DNA of 63,227 nt, filler included, from Saprolegnia diclina VS20 (taxonomy: Eukaryota): NCBI RefSeq assembly GCF_000281045.1. It is 8 parts of 4 records of this genome, joined end to end, with 100 filler letters (N's around TTAATTAATTAA, not from the genome) between each part and the next. Parts side by side here need not be neighbours in the genome. Positions count along the whole stretch, not along the records: positions 47,484 to 55,914 come from NW_008246115.1; positions 56,015 to 57,612 come from NW_008246115.1; positions 57,713 to 59,264 come from NW_008246116.1; positions 59,365 to 60,539 come from NW_008246117.1; positions 60,640 to 62,124 come from NW_008246117.1; positions 62,225 to 63,227 come from NW_008246117.1; 2 more parts are not named here. One strand, written 5' to 3'. The notes under the pieces are model-generated. The model was not told the origin of the DNA. It made no database searches and saw nothing but the letters and a program-made list of their open reading frames with translations. Positions 55,602 through 63,227 of this stretch are shown one piece after another; the stretch's first letter is position 1; each line of letters starts with the position of its first letter. The translations under genes and the position numbers were made by a program.

Positions 55602-56014
55602 GTCCCACGCCGAGGGATGACGAAATCGCCCCTCTTCTCTGCGCTGTCATATATATATATACTAGATTGATGCAGGTTTTGCATGGCTTTTGCATCCGAT
55701 ATGCATAATGTATTTAGACATTGAGGTAGACGAAGTTGCCTCAATTCGTCGAGCTTCACAACCTGTACTGGTGTGAGACGAATATCTTCTTCCTCTCCCA
55801 AGCCAAACTTGGCAGCGTGGTGGTCCATGCTTGTGGGACGCAGGGGCGAAGACGAGAGCTATCCTTTTCGCTGGACGAGTCAGCCACTTTGTGCAGTGAT
55901 ATATTTTGCAAGTGNNNNNNNNNNNNNNNNNNNNNNNNNNNNNNNNNNNNNNNNNNNNTTAATTAATTAANNNNNNNNNNNNNNNNNNNNNNNNNNNNNN
56001 NNNNNNNNNNNNNN

Positions 56015-57612
56015 ATCCAGTGGGGCGTCACGACGATTGGCGCCACCGACGTCTGGAAGACGACCAAGGGTGAAGGCGTCATCATCGGCTCGATCGACTC
56101 GGGTGTCCGCCATACCCACGAATCCATCAAGTCCAAGTGGCGCGCGGCCAAGGGCTGGTACGACCCGTACTACCAGACGGCGGAGCCCAACGACTTCAGC
56201 GGCCACGGTACCCACACGATCGGTACGATGGTTGGCGACTACGGTATCGGTGTGGCCCCCGGCGCCCAGTTCATCGCGTGCCTCGGCTTGTACAAGGGCA
56301 GCGGCACGAACGCGGCTTTGATCGAGTGCGCCGAGTTTATGATGTGCCCAACCGACACGGACGGGTCGCACCCCGACTGCAAGAAGGGCGCCAACGTCGT
56401 CAACAACTCGTGGGGCAGTGACTCGAGCACCGACCCGTGGTACCAGGACGTCGTTGACGCGTGGCACAAGGCCGGTATTACGCCCATCTTTGCCAACGGC
56501 AACGAAGGCCCGGCCTGCGCGACGGCCGGCAACCCGGCTAGCTACCCCAACGTCATCTCGGTGGGTGCGATTGGGTCGCGCACGGACGACCCGACGCAGC
56601 TCGCGTACTTTTCGTCCAAGGGCCCGGCCAAGTACGTCGACCGCTTGAACCAGGTGCACACGATCGTCAAGCCCGATGTCTCGGCGCCCGGCTTCTTTAC
56701 GTACTCGGCCGTCAACTCGAGCGATACGTTCTACGACTACAAGGCGGGTACGTCGATGGCGGCGCCCCACGTCGCCGGTGTCGTCGCCCTCCTCAAGTCG
56801 GTGCAGAAGGATCTGACGTACGACGAGATTTACCACTTCCTCACGACGACGACGGAGCAGTCGATTCTGCAGGCCGAGCCGGAGAAGTGGCTCCTCACGC
56901 GCAACCGCACGCTTCCGGGCGCGCCCAACTGCGGTGGTGTCGACGACAAGGTGTGGCCCAACAACCGGTACGGTTACGGTCGCGTCAACGTCGCCAAGAT
57001 CGTCAAGGACGGCAAGCTCCCGTCCGGCCCGGCGACGCCCGCCCCGACCGCGGTGCCCACGCCGGCTGAGTTTTCACTCTGCAACTACAAGCACAACGTC
57101 CTCTCCGAGTGGAATGGCCAGCTCTTTGTCGACACGGAGAAGAAGAACTTGAACGAGAAGTTCTGGTACAACTTTGACGACAAGTCGATCCAGTCCCAGA
57201 GCAGCAACGAGACGTGCCTCGATGTCTACCAGGACGCTCAGGGCGCCAACAAGCTCCGCCTCTACACGTGCACGGGCAGCTCGGCGCAGAAGTGGGACTT
57301 TGAGCCCAACTCGCACAGCCTCCGCCACTTGACGGTGCGCAACCTCTGCCTCGAGTCGGCGCACGCCGCGCCCGGCGCTGCGCCATTCGTCGCCGAGTGC
57401 ACGGGGGGTGTAAGCCAGTGGTTCACCAAGTGCCAAGACGCGCCGGCTGCCAAGAGCTACGTCAAGCTCGTCACCAAGGACCAGAAGGTTTTCTCCGAGT
57501 TCTACTCGGGCCTCTACGCCAACTGGGGCTCGGACACTGCCAACGAGCTCTTCACGTACGACAACAACGCCAAGACGCTCCAGGCGGCCAGCAACGGCGA
57601 GTGCCTCGACGC
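56015..57612 (+). CDS. Subtilisin-like S8 protease with C-terminal ricin-B lectin domains (partial; both ends in gaps)
   Basis: Catalytic motifs IDSGV, GHGTHTIGT and GTSMAAPHVAG; oxyanion Asn in FANGN; PATPAPT linker; ricin motifs CLDV, AQKW, SQWF. Confidence 0.93.
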
Positions 57613-58061
57613 NNNNNNNNNNNNNNNNNNNNNNNNNNNNNNNNNNNNNNNNNNNNTTAATTAATTAANNNNNNNNNNNNNNNNNNNNNNNNNNNNNNNN
57701 NNNNNNNNNNNNAGACGGACAGTCACGACGGAGTAGAAACAAGGTCGCGTCCCCTTCAGCTTGGCATTGCAATCGAAGCAGGCTCGATGCGAGTACTAGT
57801 ACAGGCGGCAACCACAGAGCGGAGGTTGCTACCTCGGCTAAGAGTACTGGTAGCTACCACCAGCATGTCTTGCGCTGTCGCTATAACCAGTAGTCGCCCT
57901 GAAAACGGTAAGCACAATACGAAACGGATCGAGAAATGCAGCGCATACTGTAAGACAGAAAGATACAGACGGGATGTACAAACTTGTTTGGTTATACATT
58001 GCTCCGTCTTGTGCGTCCCAGAGCTTTCCAAAGCTCTTTCCAGTCTGTCCATACAACCCAG

Positions 58062-58276
58062 ATTCTGTTGCCGCCAATCACAGCGAACGTTTCGGAACGA
58101 GCCAAACACGTTGCGGCGACCGAGAGGAAGCGTACGGGTTCGCAGCAAGCACCAGCAGGATCAGCATGGCGTCCATGGCGTCGTCCGACCTCGTTCGGCA
58201 GAAGAAGGAGCACATGAAGATGCGCAACTTTATGAACAAGCAGCGCATGCGCGAGCGCTATGACGCCGGAGCTTGA
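58062..58276 (+). CDS. Probable terminal exon of a hypothetical gene truncated by the upstream gap
   Basis: Coding-like codon usage in ...SSDLVRQKKEHMKMRNFMNKQRMRERYDAGA-stop; no family recognised. Confidence 0.35.
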
Positions 58277-59003
58277 TGCCCATCATAGTACTTGTTGCTT
58301 GGCGAAGAAATTGAGAAGTGAGCGAATGGAAGCCTGCAATCTGCGCCAGCCATAACCCGATACGCTGATAATTTACGGATAAGTATATCCGGAAGTATCA
58401 AGTTGTCGAAGGTCGGGGTTCTGTGACTGAATCGGTTGTTGCGGGTCCTCACGATGAGGTAATCCCTCAGCGCCGCAGAACTTGAATTATTTATATAACA
58501 GGAATGGCAACTTCATGTCTGAGTGACCATGCTGTATGTGCCTGCAGATCGGATAGGTTGATAGTTCCAGATAATAATGTTTATCCGGACGTAGTATATC
58601 AAGTGTCCGGCTACTGAGACCGAATGCGTTGTTGCGAGTGCGCTTTTGCGGACAGTGCCCCAACGCCGCAAAACTGAAACATTTTATGTGCCAGAAGTGG
58701 CGGCTTGTAGTCTGCGTATGAGTGAAGCCATCGCGATGTGGGATGCACGAGGGTCGTCACGCTCACCAGGACGCCTTTTGGGTCGACTGCGACGTCGCTG
58801 CTCGGCGACCCTGCTGCGCAAGCTCGGTCTCGACTGGTTTGGTCAGCATTTGGAGTACAGCACGGACGCATACATCAACAACGTCCTAGCCTGTACAACG
58901 ACTTGCTCGTTAGATCGACCCCTTTAGTTTGGAGAGCGTGGAAGTGACAGGAAAGGCCCTGTGCAAGGACACGTCCCAAGTGTATTCCGTGCACTCGGGG
59001 CAT

Positions 59004-59032
59004 TTGAGTATTGATATTTTATCAATACTCAA
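59004..59032. repeat. 13-bp perfect inverted repeat upstream of the tRNA
   Basis: TTGAGTATTGATA-ttt-TATCAATACTCAA. Confidence 0.85.
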
Positions 59033-59078
59033 CAATACACTCATCATATATTAACATTTTATATGCAGTCATGAAGCT

Positions 59079-59151
59079 GGTCTTATAGTGTAGCGGTTAT
59101 CACGTCTCCTTGACGTGGAGAAGGTCCCCGGTTCAAGTCCGGGTAAGACCA
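59079..59151 (+). tRNA. trnV-GAC: tRNA-Val(GAC), intronless
   Basis: Acceptor stem GGTCTTA/TAAGACC+A; D arm GTGTAGCGGTTATCAC; anticodon arm TCTCC-TTGACGT-GGAGA (GAC at 59112-59114); T arm CCCGG-TTCAAGT-CCGGG; no encoded CCA. Confidence 0.95.
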
Positions 59152-59155
59152 AATA

Positions 59156-59161
59156 TTTTTT
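59156..59161 (+). terminator. RNA polymerase III oligo-T terminator
   Basis: T6 run 5 nt downstream of the tRNA. Confidence 0.8.
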
Positions 59162-59364
59162 ATTTTGCACCTGTCGGTCATTGGACACAACGCATTTTAG
59201 GTATCGACAACGCGGCGACTTGGGTTGCATCGCACGTGAATTGAACTTGGTTCATGTAAAGCGTNNNNNNNNNNNNNNNNNNNNNNNNNNNNNNNNNNNN
59301 NNNNNNNNTTAATTAATTAANNNNNNNNNNNNNNNNNNNNNNNNNNNNNNNNNNNNNNNNNNNN

Positions 59365-60331
59365 TCCAAAATTCCCTGTCGAGGGGACGAGTAATGGTCG
59401 AGGCGCTGCCTTTTCCTCGGCGTCTTGAAAAGCGCTGCGTCCGTTCTGATGCTCATGCGCAGCAGAGAGCTCCGAGCGGTCTCGAGCTCGGCCTCGCTGG
59501 CGGCCAGGCGCGCCTCGAGGTCGCGGATGCCGCCGATGTCGAGCGACTCGTCGACCGCGGGCAGCGCCGCTTCTTCTGCCTCCGCTTCGTCGTGTTGGAC
59601 CTTCTGGCGCTTGGTTCTGTTGTTGTTCTTCTTGGAGCTCGACAAGACCGTCTTGAAGAAGGGCGAGTAGCCAGAAAACAAGCGCATGGCAGCACCGCCG
59701 GATGAGCTCCCGATCGTCCCTGTCGTAAGCTTGAATGCGCCAAACGACCGCGCGGTTGCGCGAATGACGTCCGTGAAGTCCAGTTGGTGGGCCAGCGTAC
59801 CGAGCGTGATCGCGTAGCAGATCATGTCGGCGTCCAGCCAGAAGCAATGCGACGGCACAGGCCCGCGCACCGTGACCTTGCGATCGGAAAGCACGAGGGC
59901 GTTTGCGAGCGTCGGATGCTCGTCTTGCGTCGCGCCGTCAAAGTTGATATCCGTCGTATGACCCTTGGACGTCGAGGTCTTGGTCAGGACAGCGACGCGG
60001 TTGTGTTGGAGCGGCGTCCCAGAGGGCGACCGAAAGACGACGTTGTCGACGTCCGTGGTCGTGTCGAGCGCGGGCGGGCATGTGATCCACCCGGTAGACG
60101 TGATGCGCAGCCATTGCACGCGCGGCTGGGTCGGGAAGCGCGGGTCATCGCGGTTGGCCACAATCAGCGCCGTGAAGATGATGAGCGACGTCCTGAGAAC
60201 GAGAAGACCATGCGTCGGGCACGCCCCCGCTAGATCAGGCTCGAACTCTTGGTGAGGGGCTTGACGAGCGCGTCCGGATGAATCTTGGGGGGCGCTGCCG
60301 GCGGCCGAACGAACAAGTCGGTCGAGCGCAT
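59365..60331 (-). CDS. Hypothetical protein (partial) with a coiled coil and NLS-like basic patches
   Basis: Long open frame with coding-like GC3; IRDLEARLAASEAELETAR and TPRKRQRL. Start unclear; 3' end in the gap. Confidence 0.5.
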
Positions 60332-60655
60332 CGGGCAAATCGAGGAATGATGGCAACCAGCTTTTGCTCGTACGATGTACGTATCGTGCAATGTACGATA
60401 TGACATTGTACATTTCATATCTATTTTTGTATAAAAGTACTTGGGAACGTACGATGTACAGCCACATGCTGGTACCTTTGCAAAGTACACTGTGCTGGCT
60501 TGACGTGTTCTCGGGAAAGGCGCCTCCGACGTTGTCCTGNNNNNNNNNNNNNNNNNNNNNNNNNNNNNNNNNNNNNNNNNNNNTTAATTAATTAANNNNN
60601 NNNNNNNNNNNNNNNNNNNNNNNNNNNNNNNNNNNNNNNCAACCGACTGTCGTAG

Positions 60656-61969
60656 GTCGACGAAGGCCGCTTGAGCTGGGACGACCCGGTCAAGCTCCGC
60701 CTTCCGTGGTTTGAGCTTGTCGACAAGTACGCGGAGAAGTACACGACGCTCGGCGACCTTGCGGCCATGAACTCGGTGTTTGGTGCTTACGAAGGCGACC
60801 TTGCGTTAAACGTGGGCTTGTACACGGACGAGGAGACGCTTGTGCGGTCGCTGCGCCGCTTCCAGACGACCCGGCGTCTCCGTCCCGGATACGCCTACGC
60901 CAACTTGAACTTTGTGATCCTTGGCCAAGTCATTGCGTACCAAACAAATACCACATGGGCCCAGTACCTCGATACAACCTTCTTCCAGCCGCTTCAGATG
61001 ACCAACACGTTTGCATCGGTGCCGGACGTGCCATTAAATGGCGACCTCTCGTTCGGCCACGTCATCTGTAACGGCAAAGTGGCTGGACCGTATCATTTGC
61101 GGTCGTCGCCCGAGATTGCACTGGGGTACAAGAACGGGCGCGACGCATCGGGCTCGATCATCTCCACCGCGGCGGACCTCGCGATCTTCTCCAAGTTCCT
61201 CCTCTCGAAGGGCGATGGCATCTTTCGCTCGCCCGCGACGATCAGCACGATGATCACGGGCCACAACATTGTTCCGATGGCTGTCTCGACAGCCAACGTC
61301 TTGGGCTACGCGTACTCTTCCGACGGTGGCGCCATGGCTGCTGGCTATGGCTTTGACGTTACGAGCGCCGTTCTGTTTGATCACCAATACTTTGACAAGG
61401 GCGGCGACATGATCGCGTTCAAGACGCGGAACGGCTTTTTGCCCAAGGAGCAGCTCGGTGTCGTGCTGCTTGCCAACGCCGAGACCCTTGGCGGGCCGTT
61501 CGATGACGCCGTCTTGTCAGACCGCATGCGGACGTACCTCGCGGGCATTTTCCTCGATATTCCCGAGCGGACGCTGATTCGCGGGCTGGAAGAAGCGACG
61601 GCAGCTGCAACGGCGCGGCGTCCATCAACGCCGTGCGCGCCACGGATCTTTGACGGCACGTCGTGGGCCGAGCTCAGCGATTCGATCCCGGCCGTCACCC
61701 AGAACGCTCTGATGGGCACGTATGTGGCGACGATTTCGACCGAGTATTATCGCAACGCGACCATCTCGCGCGGCGAGAGCGGTGGACTCCAGCTCCAGTA
61801 CGGTGCCTACTCGGCGCCTGTCTACTTCGCACGCAACTCGACGACGACGCTGCTGTGGGCGCTCGATGCCATGTCGACCGGCGGGCTTCTGTTTCCCCTT
61901 GACGGTCTCAACACGTCCACGCCGACACTCGTCGTCGAGGATGGTTTGCTTTTCACAAAACTTCAGTAA
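60656..61969 (+). CDS. Beta-lactamase-fold serine hydrolase (class C / peptidase S12-like), 5' partial
   Basis: VDEGRLSWDDPV, TTLGDL, PGYAYANLNF (YxN), FFQPLQMTNT, ASGSIISTAADLA, YFDKGGD and LGVVLLAN. The SxxK exon is lost in the gap. Confidence 0.88.
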   Translation, partial: VDEGRLSWDDPVKLRLPWFELVDKYAEKYTTLGDLAAMNSVFGAYEGDLALNVGLYTDEETLVRSLRRFQTTRRLRPGYAYANLNFVILGQVIAYQTNTTWAQYLDTTFFQPLQMTNTFASVPDVPLNGDLSFGHVICNGKVAGPYHLRSSPEIALGYKNGRDASGSIISTAADLAIFSKFLLSKGDGIFRSPATISTMITGHNIVPMAVSTANVLGYAYSSDGGAMAAGYGFDVTSAVLFDHQYFDKGGDMIAFKTRNGFLPKEQLGVVLLANAETLGGPFDDAVLSDRMRTYLAGIFLDIPERTLIRGLEEATAAATARRPSTPCAPRIFDGTSWAELSDSIPAVTQNALMGTYVATISTEYYRNATISRGESGGLQLQYGAYSAPVYFARNSTTTLLWALDAMSTGGLLFPLDGLNTSTPTLVVEDGLLFTKLQ

Positions 61970-62031
61970 TATGAAAAAAGTGTCGGGCCGTTTGGCTATG
62001 TCAAAAAATTATGTTGCGTGGCGGGAGGGTG

Positions 62032-62124
<93 letters not shown>
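62032..62124. repeat. (TCTA)n microsatellite, about 23 units, running into the gap
   Basis: Perfect tetranucleotide run. Confidence 0.98.
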
Positions 62125-62224
62125 NNNNNNNNNNNNNNNNNNNNNNNNNNNNNNNNNNNNNNNNNNNNTTAATTAATTAANNNNNNNNNNNNNNNNNNNN
62201 NNNNNNNNNNNNNNNNNNNNNNNN

Positions 62225-62464
62225 GAGTGCTTTGGCATCAAGTACAACACCGACTATCCTGGCAGCGACATTGCCAACTTCAAGGCGACGGGCGACTACA
62301 ACAGTATGCTCGGTCAGTGCTGCGACGCGTGCAAGAAGCTCCTGGACTGCAGCGCGTACGTCTTGTTTGAAGACGTCTGCTACATCAAGTCTGCGTCCAC
62401 CGAGCCGGTGGCCAAGAACGGCGCGACGGCGACCATTGTCACGACGACGACGATTCCGGCATGA
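62225..62464 (+). CDS. PAN/Apple (CBEL-like) domain protein, 3' fragment
   Basis: Manual translation from the gap edge: ECFGIKYNTDYPGSDI...QCCDACKKLLDCSAYVLFEDVCYIKS...stop. Not in the ORF track. Confidence 0.85.
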   Translation, partial: ECFGIKYNTDYPGSDIANFKATGDYNSMLGQCCDACKKLLDCSAYVLFEDVCYIKSASTEPVAKNGATATIVTTTTIPA

Positions 62465-62914
62465 ACATCGCCGTCTCCAGCGAGCGTTTTTTGTTTAAAC
62501 GTAAATGGACCTCATTTTGACGGGATAATGTTCGACAACAGCACTGAAGCATGCATCGGGCGACGGCTTTGCGCCCAACTTCGGAGCCTACGGATTGAGC
62601 GCGATCCCACACTGGCTCCCGAGCTCGTGCACGGTGCTTCGCAGCTGCGACCGTGACCGGCCACGTGGTCATCGTCAGCACATTTCTGTCGTTTGAGTCA
62701 CAGACTGTCAACGGCGCCAACGTTGGTAACGTTGTTGCCGTCCAACTCGGTGCGTAGAAGGTCCTCCCGAGACACTGTCGAGGGAAGCTGCAGCTGATTA
62801 GATCACGTCACACGGACAAAACTAGATTTTTGAGAAAAGAAATGCGACCAGTTGTCTAGTTGAGAAGATGCTTTCGCTACAATCTGGCCACACCGTTGGC
62901 ATCAGCAAGGTCCT

Positions 62915-63184
62915 TTACATCCGCGTCGGCGTAGTCGGAGTCGATGTCGACGTATTGGTCAGCGACGAGAGGATACCGGGAAACGCCTCGTCGGGCCGCT
63001 TGAGGTAGCAGACACTGTAGAGGACCACGGACGACTCGCACGGCAAGTTCTTGTTACACGCGTCCCGGCATGCGGCGAGCTGCTCAGCCTCGGAGCCACT
63101 GACAGGAATAACGTTGGAGACGGCGCTGGCGGCGATGGTCACGGCCATCGCGGCCACGAGCGCGGTCGTCTTGAACAGTTGCAT
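62915..63184 (-). CDS. Small secreted Cys-rich protein with a truncated PAN/Apple-like motif
   Basis: Signal peptide MQLFKTTALVAAMAVTIAASA; ACRDACNKNLPC...VCYLK; Thr/Ser/Pro tail. Confidence 0.75.
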   Translation of the reverse strand: MQLFKTTALVAAMAVTIAASAVSNVIPVSGSEAEQLAACRDACNKNLPCESSVVLYSVCYLKRPDEAFPGILSSLTNTSTSTPTTPTRM

Positions 63185-63227
63185 GGTAGTCGTGGGGAGG
63201 GGAATTGAGGAATGACCAGGTGATACA

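Noticed and set aside
55967..56836. 289-aa minus-strand ORF
   Set aside because: Antisense to the subtilisin gene.
61722..62180. ORF with IYLS repeats
   Set aside because: Translation of the (TCTA)n microsatellite.
55915..63227. Functional cluster of protease, tRNA, beta-lactamase and PAN genes
   Set aside because: Each lies on a separate short contig joined by artificial spacers, so adjacency cannot be trusted.

Overview
Eukaryotic draft-assembly window (about 58% GC, 40-60 nt GT-AG introns). Gene content points to a saprolegnialean oomycete (Saprolegnia-like; inferred from elicitin-like, PAN/CBEL-like, subtilisin-ricin, expanded TKL kinase, ankyrin and RNI-LRR families). It is split by one 100-N gap and seven N44-TTAATTAATTAA-N44 joins, so adjacency across gaps is unproven. 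Housekeeping or metabolic genes: glycyl-tRNA synthetase, a stand-alone glutamate 5-kinase, a queuosine salvage protein, an LCAT/PSAT-type acyltransferase and tRNA-Val(GAC). Accessory families: two PH-only proteins, three fascin-like secreted proteins (two disrupted), two divergent receptor-like TKL kinases, five disrupted RNI-LRR copies, an ankyrin-kinase and a Tourist/PIF-like MITE. The most striking system is a cluster of five intronless multi-pass membrane genes at 23.5-37.5 kb. Their C-termini resemble the PHTF/gustatory-receptor-like 7TM ion channel superfamily. They form two subfamilies arranged as head-to-head A/B pairs and show signs of gene conversion, so they are a candidate heteromeric chemoreceptor or channel system. 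A stand-alone type I PKS-like acyltransferase is a second highlight. All family assignments come from motif recognition, not database searches.
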